NCBI RefSeq assembly: GCF_009914755.1
Contig: NC_060927.1
From: the human T2T-CHM13v2.0 reference genome, Homo sapiens
Strand: one strand, 5' to 3'
DNA length: 64,000 nt
The notes under the pieces were generated by a model. The model was not told the origin of the DNA. It saw only the letters and a program-made list of their open reading frames with translations, and searched no databases. Below, in pieces: positions 16,957 through 45,580 of this stretch (the first letter of the stretch is position 1; every line of letters begins with the position of its first letter). The translations under genes were made by a program, and so were the position numbers.

Positions 16957-18906
16957 GTTTTTCACAGGTGACAACAAAGGAATGACAGACATGTTTTTAG
17001 CACTCTGGCAGGCATATGGAGAAGCACAGGGTTGCTTTGGAGACCAGCTGGAAGAACAGGCTCAACAGTCCAGGGACTAAGAAGTGAGGACCACCACGGA
17101 GTCACAGGCACTGGGAAGGCTGAGGGGCTGAATTCTAGAAATAAGAGGCGAGAGAGGGAGATCTCGAATGGCTCCGGGTTTCAGACTTCACCGATTGCTC
17201 GTGTCACTCCTTAAGCCGAGTGCTATTTGAGGGGCCTGTGCAGGGCGGGGGGGTGGTCCCAGAGCCTGGAACCATGCGTGTGTTGCAGTAGACACATTTA
17301 CTAAGAGTACAGAGAGATTCTGTGGGTCTGGAGCTCAGAATCCTCACAGATAACTGAGGCTTCAGCAAGTGCACCCACTCAAGAAGTGTATGGAATGAGG
17401 GAGACGGCAGCCACGGCATGTTCCTAGGTACCCCACACTTCAGATGCCAGTGGAGGCGGCACAGCCCAAGAGGCCCACGGGCCAGGGAGTGCATGGCCTT
17501 GAAGGCAGTGATCGCGGGTCCCCAGAGAAGCCAAGAGGAGAAAGTGAAGCACCCTCGTGGGCAATCAGGAGGGAGCTGTGGACAGCAAGGCTTCTCCGGC
17601 CACAGCCAGGTTCTGGCCTCCCCAGGCCATGCACAGAGGCTCCAGCATTGAGGGGTTTTAGGGACCAGGAGATGCTACAGGGACTTCTAACTTTTTCCCA
17701 GTCACAAAGCAGGGACACAGAGATGTCTTCATTGCCTCTTTGCCTGGTCTGCCCAAAGCACGATGTGAATTAATGTTGGGCTCTAGAGGGACTGTCCCTA
17801 TGAACTCAGCCTCCTATCCCATCTCTGGAAAACGCATCTTGCCTCATCTGTGTTGCAGAGTTGTTAGCAGATGTCAGAGCAAAGCATTGTGACCTTGGGC
17901 AGTGCCCCTACACCACGTGTGCCGTTTCCTCGCTGGCAAAATGATGGCTAAGATAACTCTCTCCCCTAGAAGTGATACGAGTTTAGAACAGAATCCTGTG
18001 CCTGGGAAGAATAACTGTAAATCATAGTAGAAACAAGTCCAGCCTGATGGAAGAAGGATATGAAGGACTGCCAAATACTGGACAATTTCTATGTGCTGGG
18101 CGCGTGCTGCCATGCAGTTCTCACTTGCCTGGTGAGGTGGGCACCACTCCCACTCCTTTTCCAAAGCCGCCATTCCCATCCCCCACGGCACACAACCTGA
18201 GTCCGATCGGCCACAGGAGGCTGAAATCAGGGCCTTCGATCCTCCCAGGACAAAGCTGCAAGACTTGGTATAACATTTTGAAGCCATCAAAAGACTAAAA
18301 ATTCTCCTGTAAATGACTTCAAGAAGAACATACTCTCAAACTGCATTTCCTAGATGTCATTCTCAGTCACGAGGGTAACATGAATTCCACAACAGTGAGG
18401 CTGTGACGACGACAGCCACTATCTGCTATTTCAGTGAGACGCTTCAATTAGAACACTTTCAAACAGAAGATAAAATTCGGCTCAGATTCAAGTCTGAATT
18501 TACCCAAATCACTTCTTTCTACCTCTTAATTTATCTACAAATTGAACCTAGAAAGCAAAACCTGAAAATAGCTTTTTGTATATGCCACTCACTGCCAGAA
18601 AACACTACCTTTCCTGAAAATTGAGAAAATACTGCAGCTGTTATTTCAGATTGTGCTGGAGAGGGGATACTCTTGACTTTTATGTGCAGCCAACCCAGGG
18701 GAGGGGGAGGCAAGGAAGAGTGAAGGCTAAGCAGAGGCACTGGAGGGTCCAAAGACAGGCAACCAGCGCCTTCATGTTCTGATCAGGCCTTTCAGGGTGC
18801 ACTCTCCCCAGGTCCTGTCAATGCAACAACCAAAGCAAAATGCCAGAGCCGTGTCGGCCCCTTAAAGAGAGAACACACACATCTGCTTACAAACTAGATA
18901 GAAACC

Positions 18907-18912
18907 TTTATT
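18907..18912 (-). terminator. PARL poly(A) signal
   Basis: AATAAA on the minus strand (tttatt on +), about 185 nt after the stop, followed by a GU-rich downstream element (tgtgtgtgttctctc). Confidence 0.9.
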
Positions 18913-19094
18913 TCACAACTTTATCATCATTCACATTCTAAAAAGACACGGACTGGGGGACACAGCTGAAAACAGTGGGAGGCCAGATGCTGGCATCTTC
19001 CAGACGGGAGCATAGCCATGGTCACTCTAGCCGATGTCTCCTGGGGCTCTCAGGCGGCAAGGACCAGATGCACCACTACTGTCCAATCCCAGTT

Positions 19095-19206
19095 TTACTT
19101 AGAGCCACCTCCTTTTTTGGGGCCATTAGTCCTTATTTCATGCCAGATTTTCACTAGCGGCTCCCTGTTCTTCCAAATCAGTTCATGACCGTAAGTAACA
19201 TACCAT
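19095..19206 (-). CDS. PARL: PARL exon 10 (I/WYVTYGHELIWKNREPLVKIWHEIRTNGPKKGGGSK*)
   Basis: Acceptor tttttctccag|A, 112 nt, TAA stop. Matches the PARL C-terminus. Confidence 0.97.
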
Positions 19207-20479
19207 CTGGAGAAAAACAAACCAGGTCCGACATTCAAACAGTGTGACATACAAATGGTAAGTAGCATGGTGACAGATCCCAAGTTGACATTTTTAAAAT
19301 CGAATGCCACTCACTATGTAGCCGATTAAAACTGACTCACATCGAGAAATGGTTTAGCTTTCATATTACAATATGTAAAAGGTAGAAGTAGGATGGGACG
19401 ATGGCTGAATGCTCCGCAGTGTGTGAGTACTTCACATATACTACTTTTGATTCACCACTATCTGCAAGTTAAGTATCAGTTTTCCCATCGCAGACATGAA
19501 GCAACCAGGTCTGAAAGAAAGTAGTTTGTCCAAGGTGCTAATAGTTTCTAAGTGGTCAATGAAAGCTCACTCGCAGGTCAGACTGACTCGATGTTCTGAA
19601 GTGTCAGAATTAGCACTGACTCAGGATGGCTATCCCAGCTTCCATGCCTCCCGTCATCTTCCTCCTAACTATACGAAGGGTGGCCCGCTCATCCAAACTC
19701 TGCCCCGCTTTAAGATACCTAGTTCCCATCCCCACTCTCCTGTTCACACAGCCTAACTGCGGCCTGAAGCAACGAGCCTGGGAGGCTGACGCACAGAGAG
19801 GTTTAGTAACTTCGCCTGCTCAGGTTCCACAACTAGGAATCAGCAGACTGAGACTAGAACCCGAGTCTGCTGCTGAAGCCTGTGCTGCAGGCACTGGACT
19901 TTCCTGCAGCGTGTAGGGAGCATCTCCTGTGAGCTGGGGAGCACACTGCGCTCTGGGAAGGGCCTGCCTTGGAGAAGCTCCTGAGGGCACTGGGGGTAGA
20001 GAAAGGCTTCCTGGAGGATGTGGGGTGGATTTCCAGGGGCAGTTAGTGAGAGCTTGCTATTAAAACCTTTATTTTTGCTCTGGCTTCCCCAAACAGATTT
20101 CATGTTCCCTGAGGCAGAGACCAGATTTTGTTATCTTGCATCGAGCTCCCAGACACCTGACTGAAAAAATGCTATTTGACTTGGAGTGGGTGAGAAGAGC
20201 AGTTTAATGTTTTAATATTTTAAAAATGTTCTGAATGTGTATGTTTAATTATAAAGGGCTTGATTTGTACCTGAATCTTAATATTCACTAAATATAGTTA
20301 AAATCTGATTATACACATTAATTAACAGGCATGTAATAAAAATTCTCTGTGCTTAAGTCTCTGGTGAATTTAGAATGAGAGAAAAAGGAGCACCCTAATA
20401 TTCAAATGCAATTATAAAAATTCTCCCCAAAAAAATCACTTTGTCAGGAACTCTTCATTAATAAAGTGTTTTCCCAAAT

Positions 20480-22106
<1,627 letters not shown>

Positions 22107-22988
22107 TTATGTAAGAAAAGACAGGCCCCGAGGGGATCCAGCTCATGCTGAAGGGTCTCCCACGATCAGATGGACGCCAAGAGTCCTGACCGTGTTTCCG
22201 TGATACAGTTACTACTAAGCACTAGTCTAGGCAAAACCCCATTGTCTGAAGCACACGTGGAAGGTCTTGTAACCACAATGCCATTTGCTGTGACCCAAGG
22301 AAGCAGTTTAGCAACCAATTCCATATGGTGTGGTGGGGGTGGAAAGGGCTTATAGAGGTGGGTTTACAGCTCTGCTCTGCTATTGAAGAGCTGTTTGGCC
22401 TGGGGAAGATGATGTCTGAGCCTCAGTTTCCCATCAGTAAAATGGGAGTAGTAATAGTATAACATAAGGGAACTAGCTTGGTGCCTGCATACAGCGGGTA
22501 CTCAGTAAGTGGTCCACATTGGTTTGCAGTCACCGGCCTCTACTCCAGTCATACAGAGCAATGGCTCCGCCAACTCAGCATGTCTAAATAGCACTGGCGA
22601 GACAGAGGTCAGGGTAGCAGGGTGGGACGCCAGGCAGGGGAGAGGAGGGCAGGAAAGTCTGAAGGGGAAAAAGAAGATGTCAGCATAGACTGGGGGCCAG
22701 GCTGCAGTCTTCTAAGAGGGGGCTGGGAATAACAGGCCAACAGTTGGGGCAACTTAAGGTTAAGCGTAGGGTAAAGGCACAGACTGTCTCTACAATGAGC
22801 CAGGTATGCTGGGTAAACCCAAAGCAAGCCATGTTGAGGTTTCCTCACCCTCCCAAGCCCACCTGCTTCTGCTTCCGTTGCATAGTTCAATGTCTCTGCC
22901 ATGGGGATGGGGGGTAGGGGTGAGGCTGGGGTAGGAGGAGCGCATGACCCAAGGAAGCAGTTTAGCAATCAATTACACTCAAACTTAC

Positions 22989-23086
22989 ATTCCAAAAAGA
23001 GCTCCCCCAAGATGTGCCGCATGATCAAAAAATTTCCATCCCAGGATCATTCCTGCTGTATCCATGGCGATAATGGCTTTCAGGGC
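22989..23086 (-). CDS. PARL: PARL exon 9 ([33 protein letters not shown]), catalytic His335
   Basis: Boundaries cag|GCC and AT|gtaagt, 98 nt. Rhomboid AHLGG motif with His codon CAT at 23014-23012. Confidence 0.97.
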
Positions 23087-23220
23087 CTGAAAGGCAGCAA
23101 GAAACAAGCGGCACAACTGTGATTGCTCCAGCACTGACATTTCTAACTTAAGGGCAAGAACCCACTCAACATAAAAACATCACCACTATCCCCAGCACTG
23201 CACTTCATAAAAATACTTAC

Positions 23221-23322
23221 ATTCCCTGCTGTGAACGTGAACATCGGAAGGAAAATAATGGCAAGCCTCCCTTCTGGGATCTTAGTGCAGACAGCTGCGA
23301 GGACTGTCATGATGGCACCAGA
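23221..23322 (-). CDS. PARL: PARL exon 8 (SGAIMTVLAAVCTKIPEGRLAIIFLPMFTFTAGN), catalytic Ser277
   Basis: Boundaries ttgcag|TCT and AAT|gtaagt, 102 nt, phase 0-0. Completes the GASG motif. Confidence 0.97.
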
Positions 23323-23770
23323 CTGCAAAGTAACACAGCAGGGAGAATGGGAAACTCAATATGCAACTGCTTAGTGGCTACAAGGTCTAAAGAGCAGCAC
23401 ATTTTCTAGAAAGTTTACATGCTGCACATTTCTAGGTGAGCACAAAGCTTCAAAGCTTTCAGTTACTTATGTCCCCAATAATAGGTGAAGGAACTAAATG
23501 TCCTTCACACAGTAATCGCTTGGAAAGACTGAATTTTTACTACGGGGCAGTAAGATGTATGTGCCTCATGAACCGCAAGGACAGTGCTAAGCGTGTCATG
23601 CGCATCTTTCACCTATGGCCTAGGAAAGAACTGCTCACACTTCTCTGACAAAGCTCCAACCAGAGGGAGTGGGCATGAATACGCCCAAAGAAACCTGCAT
23701 GCATGAAGCATGTTTCATCTTAAAAAATTCATGTGAAATCTTTATTCATCTTCATAAAGAAACAAAACAT

Positions 23771-29515
<5,745 letters not shown>

Positions 29516-30055
29516 TAAGAAAAATTTTTTTAAGCATCCAGAATATAAGAGCTCTGAGGGCAGGAGCCTTTTTTGTTGTTGTTGTTCCCCACTTTCTAAA
29601 ACCAACACAAATAATCGTGATCATCTTGCTCACCAGCTGTTATCCCCAGGCTCTAGCATAGCACCTAGTAGGCACTCCAATATTGACTAAATAGGAGGAT
29701 AAAGTACCAGATTCAAATCTATAATTAGAATCTTCCAATACTGGATTAGGCTCTCTGGTTTACGAGGATTGCACACTTACTGTTCTGAGATATACTCTGC
29801 TCTGGTAAACATATATATATGACCAATGGTTAAAAGCTATAGCCGGACATTTACAAAGCTTTACAAATGTATAAATTCTAAATTAGTCAACTGTATTGTT
29901 TCAATGTTAATTTCTTGGTTTCGATGTTAGTTAACAGTAGGGTGAAGGGTATATGAGAACCTCTTATCAATTTTACAACATTCTTCTAAGTCTAAACTTA
30001 TTTCAAAGTAAATTTAAAAATTAAATTAAAAAAAATTTACAATAGAAATACTTAC

Positions 30056-30126
30056 TGCACCAAGTGATGGTCCATATCTTCCTGTGGCAACTTTACCCAG
30101 GTAACTGACAAAATTGGAAATAACAC
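30056..30126 (-). CDS. PARL: PARL exon 7 (G/VISNFVSYLGKVATGRYGPSLGA)
   Basis: Boundaries tttttcag|GT and GCA|gtaagt, 71 nt. Confidence 0.97.
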
Positions 30127-30179
30127 CTGAAAAACAAGTCACATTACAATAATTTAAGTGAGGTATAAAAATGGTTTAC

Positions 30180-30360
30180 TTTTTTTTTTCTTTTCTTTTT
30201 TTTTTTTTTGAGACAGAGTTTCACTCTTTCGCCCCGGCTGCTGAAGTGCAGTGGTACAATTTTGGCTCACTGCAACCTGTGCCTACCGGGTTCAAGTTAT
30301 TCTTGTCCCCCAGCCTCCTGAGTAGCTGGGATTACAGGCGTGCGGCACCACATCCAGCCA
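30180..30360 (-). mobile_element. Truncated Alu (right arm) in PARL intron 6
   Basis: Poly(T) followed by an Alu right monomer; aaaatggttt duplicated on both sides. Confidence 0.85.
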
Positions 30361-31783
30361 TGAAAATGGTTTTCATTTCTGATTTCTACACAGATAAACA
30401 GTGTCGGGTTTCAATCTGGATCACTGTGAGGGTACGGGCATGAATACTTCTCCTGCCTATCATTTCAGCGACTTTACAGGGGATGAAAAGTCTGACCTGC
30501 TGCATGATCTGCTGAGCGACACGGTCATTCACTCCACTTCTCAGTTACCATTTTCCTCAACTATAACATGAAGACTCATTCCCAAGAGTATATTCTCTGG
30601 CTGTACTCCAGACACACGAAATCAGAATATCTGGGGTGGGACAACAGACTGGATGATCCCGTAAGTCTCTTTGGCTTCAGTGCCATTTGAGTCAACGTGG
30701 CTCATTTTTAAAAACCTCCTATGGAGCAGGAATTAATGTATCTGAAACAGACCCTCTGTAACTACAACATAACTAGTGCTTGGGAAAGAACTATACACTT
30801 ATCTTACAAGCCAAACACAATGCTCAGCTTCTTTTTTTGAAGGACTAGATACACATAAGTATTCGATGAACACTAATTAAGCATCTACTCTGGGGCTTGT
30901 GGTAGATGCTTTTATGTAGTCCTTTCTTTAACCCCTTGTCATGAGGAGGTAAGTATCATGAGGTTTAGTCATTTTTGCAACATCACTCAGCTGGTAGTAG
31001 AAATAGGATCTGAACCTGGGTCTATCGCCAAGCTTAGTGTTTTTCACTACATCACAGCACAACTGCCAGATATACTGTTTCTAAATGTAGAGATTTTAGA
31101 AATTAATTTTTATATTGTATTAAGTAAGTACATTTTACAAACAGAGAGGTAAGTAAAATTTGACCAACTGTCACGTTAGCAGCATCTAGGGACCTGGATT
31201 CATGCATGAGAATTTCCTAACTGAAATAAGAAACGATACCATCTTCAAGACCATGGCTAGGAAGTGGTTCCCTGCTACATTCTTGCAAAGAAGACAGAAC
31301 AAACTCACTCTTGACAATCATATTGTATAGCTCTGATTTAAAGCTTTCTGTGAACTGAACACACTGGGGGAAATGAGCTTGCTTAAGGTTATTTAACAAA
31401 GACCCAGGAGATTGAGGCAGCCGGGAAGTCTGGGAACCACTATCTATAAAATGGAGGGCCTAAACTAATGAAATCAAGGCCCGATGAGATTACAAAAATG
31501 ACATGCTTAAATTCTACACTAACCCTTACTTAACGCCTGTTTATCCTAACTTAAAATTAAACATACCCACATAATTCATATGTAAGAAGAAATCAGCAAA
31601 ATGAACAGAAAAGGCAACATCTCCACCAATCTGTGGCTCCCTTCTCTACATACACTGTGAGAAACAAATATGTTCTGAGCACTCACTACGTGTAGAATAT
31701 GGCAGTAATCATTCCCTTTGTCCGTTCTGCAGATAGCTTAGAGTGCTTATACTCTCAAAGGCCCCGAGATTAAAGCATATTAC

Positions 31784-31933
31784 CTGCAGATAGGTACACT
31801 GCCATGAACTGCTCTTGACCCAGAATGTTCACTATGCTGGAAGAGAAGCTCCACAAAACATACATATTTGCTGCCATGTGAAATAAGGAGAAGTGACTGA
31901 ATGTTGACAGCAACATTGGAGAACAAAGGACCT
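31784..31933 (-). CDS. PARL: PARL exon 6 ([51 protein letters not shown])
   Basis: Boundaries ctcttgtag|AG and G|gtaata, 150 nt, phase 1-1. Carries the rhomboid HxxxN motif. Confidence 0.97.
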
Positions 31934-32013
31934 CTACAAGAGAGAGAAACATAGTCTGGTAATCATGAAACACACAGCCAATAAAAATTTTCCATTTTAA
32001 ACTTTTAAAATTA

Positions 32014-33575
<1,562 letters not shown>

Positions 33576-33723
33576 TCAGTGAAGGAGCTTACAGCCTATC
33601 CTCTGCATTTTGCTTGTAGCTATTGATAGGTAATTCGTCTTTTTTACAGCACTTCCATTAACTAAAGCATATTTCTTTCATATTATTTCTACCTTAAAAT
33701 AAATTCACACAAGTTAGACTTAC

Positions 33724-33819
33724 TTGAGGCTGGATTCGATGTGAAATATCTGATCATTGTCCGCTGCAGAGAAGGTACTCTCCATAAACAGAATACAAGG
33801 ACATTTGCAGCTATAATAC
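33724..33819 (-). CDS. PARL: PARL exon 5 (G/IIAANVLVFCLWRVPSLQRTMIRYFTSNPAS/K)
   Basis: Boundaries ttttgtag|GT and A|gtaagt, 96 nt, phase 1-1. Confidence 0.97.
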
Positions 33820-36800
33820 CTACAAAATAAATATTTATAATTTAGGGAGGTTAAAAATGAAAGCAGGAAAGTCTGATCTACATTACCCCCTTGTAAGATT
33901 CTTCCACAATTATGTAAGAGTACTGTATACCTGGGGGATAGGGGGTGAGCCAAAAAAAAGCAAGTGAAATGAATGCTTTTCAAGTATCAGCACTGCCTAG
34001 GGTTGGTAAAGTCACAGAATTCCTGGGAAATTGTAAATGCTCTGGGAGCTAACTTCCTTTCCCTAGATCCATATTTTACTTCTTTAGAAGAGCTTACTTT
34101 TCTCAATTATAATCAGATCAATAATTTATTGTCTATAATAGCCAAACCAAAGACAGAAGTAATATACAGAATTAGGTTCTTTGGCCAAGAGTAGAAGAGC
34201 TAACATTACTTCTTTTTCCTCAGGGCATGGTACGCTTCTTAAACTTACTGCCAGCTTATGGAAACATATGTGAGTCATCTGTGTAGGTGAAGGTCAACAT
34301 GTCTGAGAAAAATAGTCATGTGATAGGAATTCAGGGATAATTTAGAAAACCTCTGCAACTGCTTCTAAAGTCTGTTTACATGTGGGAGTTGAGTGACTTT
34401 CCTTTTTCTGTAAGTGTTGATGTTGTTAGTACTACGAAATTGAGGTTTATTCGATAATATAATTAACTTGTTACATTTTAGATAAGAAATTATTATTGAA
34501 AACTACAAACTTCAAAAAATATATTAATTTTATGAATTGCCACAACTCCTTCACATAGCAGGTATTCCTCTACTTGTTGAATTAAAATAAACATTTGTCA
34601 TTCCTCCAGTCTCTGTAGGCAACAGGCAAGTAGCACTTTCACCTTCTTCGATGCCAATAAGGACTGATTTCAATAACATACTGGTAAGAGGATTTACTTT
34701 AGAAAACATTCTTTGTCTTGTCCCTGGCAGCTGATCTACATCTCGGTGTTACCTGTGGCTTCCGCAGTTGCTCATTCTGTAAGGTTCTCAGCTAGCCCCT
34801 GGCATTTCTAGTCTGTCCAGTTTTTGCTCTCCCACTTGAGAGGTGGGAAAGGAAGCTACATTTTTCACAGATCTTAAGACATTTTTTCCATTTTAATATC
34901 TGAAATCAGGATGCATCTTATAACTGGTAGCATTTTTTCTTTCTCCGTAGTACATTAAATAAAATTTTACTGCATTTTGTTGAACTGATTCCATCAGTTG
35001 TATCAGATGTCTCACTAGCAGGGACTGTGACAGCATTATACCACCTTTGGTAAATAATTACCCAGAACTCTTTTAAAGATGGTGAGAGGGACAGCATTTA
35101 TGCAAAGATGGGAAAAGGGATCATACACAAGGCAATGAAGAGCGAAGAGCACTGTGTACACCTCCCAATGTGGAGCCTGGAACCCTGGGAAGGGCAGGCG
35201 GGCAGAGCCTCCTCACAGGGACTGGAGTCTTGGGAGGTTTACCCTATAGGAAGAGAGCAGTGATTCGTGTTGCTCAGGATTCCTTAGATTCCTTTGGGAG
35301 AGTTAATCATCTTTACTACCCAGAGTGCACCCTTAGGTCTAGGTTGTCATACCCAGTGATTGATATCTTAGGGTAAAGACGACCTGAGAATGGTCTGGCC
35401 ATGATCATAAAGATCGGATTGCTATGATCATGATCAGTCAGGGCTTTGGTGTTTTATTCTAATTGTGGTTCAAGGCAAAGAGAGCAAGATGGGGTCCCTG
35501 ATCCTGCCTACTAGGCTGAAAAATGGCAACGACTACTCTGCTTCCTCTGTCAGTTCCATGGGCAACTTCCTCAAACCACGGACACACAGCACACCCAGCT
35601 TCTGGAAACCACAGGCACCACAGCACTGTCAAGACGAGGATATGTTTCTGGATAAAGTGATTAAAATAAAGGAAAATACATGAAAAAAAATGAAAGATAA
35701 AGGCCGGGTGCGGTGGCTCACGTCTGTAATCCCAGCAGTACTTTGGGAGGCTGAGGCGGACGGATCACCTGAGGTCGGGAGTTCGAGACCAGCCTGACCA
35801 ACATGAAGAAACCTCGTCTCTACTAAAAATACAAAATTAGCTGGGCGTGGTGGTGCATGCCTGTAGTCCCGGTTACTCAGGAGGCTGAGGCAGGAGAATC
35901 ACTTGAACCCAGGAGGCGGAGGTTGAGGTGAGCCGAGATCACGCCATTGCACTCCAGCCTGGGCAACAAGAGGGAAACTGTCTCAAAAAAAAAAAAAGCG
36001 GGGGGAAAGATAACCAAAGACATTGAGGTTAACAGTAGACAAAGAGTTAACACTGCTAAGTTTTCAATCCAAACGCAAGAAGCTTTTCTGATAAATAATG
36101 AGTACTGGCACTGAAACAGACTGTAGCCAAAATCCCTTACTTCATAAGCCAGTGGTCATCAAACTGCTTTCATGGGGCACCCCATTAGTAAACACCATCC
36201 ATTAGTAACAGACACATCCCATATATGTATACTTATTAACAAATTATGTACGTGAACCACTATAAATTCATAAGACACACTTAACAAATTTAAAAGAAAT
36301 AAGAAAAGTGAAATGCACATACTTTCTTCTTTGTAAACCCTATTCTGAAGGCCAGTTATAGATGAGAAAAACAGGCTCTAAAAGGTACAAGTTGTCAGAG
36401 GGCCAAATTCAGTGGCCAAGCCAGAATTCCTAATCTAGTGCTCTTTCTACTATACATCAAGACATGGGTAGCCAGGAGGATTTATTTTGACCTTGGTCAC
36501 TCTAGGACTTCAGACACCACATAAAAACGGCTTCCTTGCTGGGAAACAGCATATGCTGGTCCCCAGAAGCGGATGAGCATGAGAGGATGTGTGGCAATCC
36601 TAGGCCTACTGAGGCAGTACTGCATTTTGGCTAAAAGTATGGGTGAAGGAGTCCAGCAGAAGTGACTCTGTCCTACTTACATTATAACCTGGGGAAGAGG
36701 CCTAACCGCTCAGCTTGTTTCCTCTTCTGTAAAATGAGAATAATAAAATCTACCTGAAAGGGTTGAACGGGCCGGGTGTGGTGGCTCACGCCTATAATCC

Positions 36801-37519
36801 TAGCACTTTGGGAGGTCCAGGCAGGAGGATCCATCCCTTGAGCCTAGAAATTTGAGACCACCCTGGGCAACATAGTGAGACCTCCTCTTTACAAAAAAAT
36901 GAACAAAATCAGCTGGGCATGGTGGCACATGCTTGGGTCCTAGCTATTTGGGAGGCTAAGGTGGGAGGATTGCTTGAGCCCAGGAGGTCAAGTCTGCAGT
37001 GAGCCAAAATTGCACCACTGTACTCCAGTCTGGGCGACAGAGGGAGACCCTGTCTCAAAATAAATAAATAAATAAATAAAAAGAAAAAAAAGGGCTGAGT
37101 GACGATGAAATGAGAAAACATGATGAAATGTAGCAGTCACACAGTGAACCAGCAAATGGAAAACATGGTGAAAAGAGAATGGCCTTTTCAAGTCTGAATC
37201 CTAAGTATGTCACTTAGCAGTTTTGTGGCCTGTGGCACTTTATTCCCTCATTTGTAAAATGAGGACAATACCTCCTACCTCATAAAGGTTGTAGTGAGGC
37301 TTAAATAAGATAGTACATGCACCTAGCATGCAAATGAACAAAGAATAATGGTTTCCTCCTCTCTCCTTTTCCTTTGAGAAATAGAAGAGCTTAAGTTTTG
37401 TATATCTCCACTTAGGAGGGATGTCACCTGCTTCTTCCTGACTTGGTAACTCTTGGACAAGCTTGGCACTACTGATTCAGGAAGGCACTGCTGTCCTAGT
37501 GCCTACCCTCACACCTGTG

Positions 37520-44770
<7,251 letters not shown>

Positions 44771-44951
44771 ACTTTGGCTTTCTATTTTTATTTATTATTA
44801 TTTTTAGAGAGATGTGGGAGGTCTCACTATGCTGCCCAGGCTGGTCTAGACTCAAGCAATCCTCTGACCTCGGCCTCCTAAGTGCCAGGCCTCCCAAGTG
44901 GTAGGATTACAAGTGTGGGCCACCACACTCAGCCAACTGCACATTTTAAAT

Positions 44952-45580
44952 CAGTGGTCTCCAACCTTTTTGGCACCAAGGACCGGTTTTGTGTTAGACA
45001 ATTTTTCCATAGACCAGGGGTGGGGGGATGGTTTCAGAATGATTCAAGTGCATTACATTTATTCTGCACTTTATTTCTATTATATCATAATATATAATGA
45101 AGTAATTACACAACTTATCAACTTATCATAATGTAGAATCAGTGGGAACCCTGAGCTTGTTTCCCTGCAACCAGACAGTCCTGTCTGGGTATGATGGGAG
45201 ACAGTAACAGATCATCAGGCATTAGATTCTCATAAGGAGTACGCAACCTAGATCCCAGCCTGGCCAACATGGCAAAACCCTGTCTCTACTAAAAATACAA
45301 AAGTTACCCAGGCGTGATGACAGGTGCCTGTAATCCCAGCTACTTGGGAGGCTAAGGCAGGAGAATCACCTGAATCCGGGAGAGATTGCAGTGAGCCAAG
45401 ATCACACCACTACATTCTAGCCTGGGTGACAGAGCAAGACTCTGTCTCAAAAAAATAAACAAAAAAAAAAAAAAACAAAAAAAACCCCACAAACAAAGTT
45501 TCACTTGTTCCCCTGCTGCTCACCTCCTGCTCTGCAGCCCGGTTCTGGTACCAGTCCCTGCCCAGGGCTGGGAACCCCTG
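44952..45580 (-). mobile_element. MER1A-like hAT-Charlie DNA transposon with an internal Alu (45258-45480)
   Basis: Termini cagtggtctccaacc / gggaacccctg; 8-bp TSD ttttaaat / ctttaaat. Confidence 0.85.

Noticed and set aside
23670-23730. Faint resemblance to the U6 snRNA 3' end
   Set aside because: No ACAGAGA box or 5' stem, and the similarity is too weak.
35400-35432. 10-bp stem hairpin catgatcata / tatgatcatg as a miRNA or snoRNA
   Set aside because: Too short for a pre-miRNA, built from a repeated self-complementary TGATCA motif, and no C/D or H/ACA layout.
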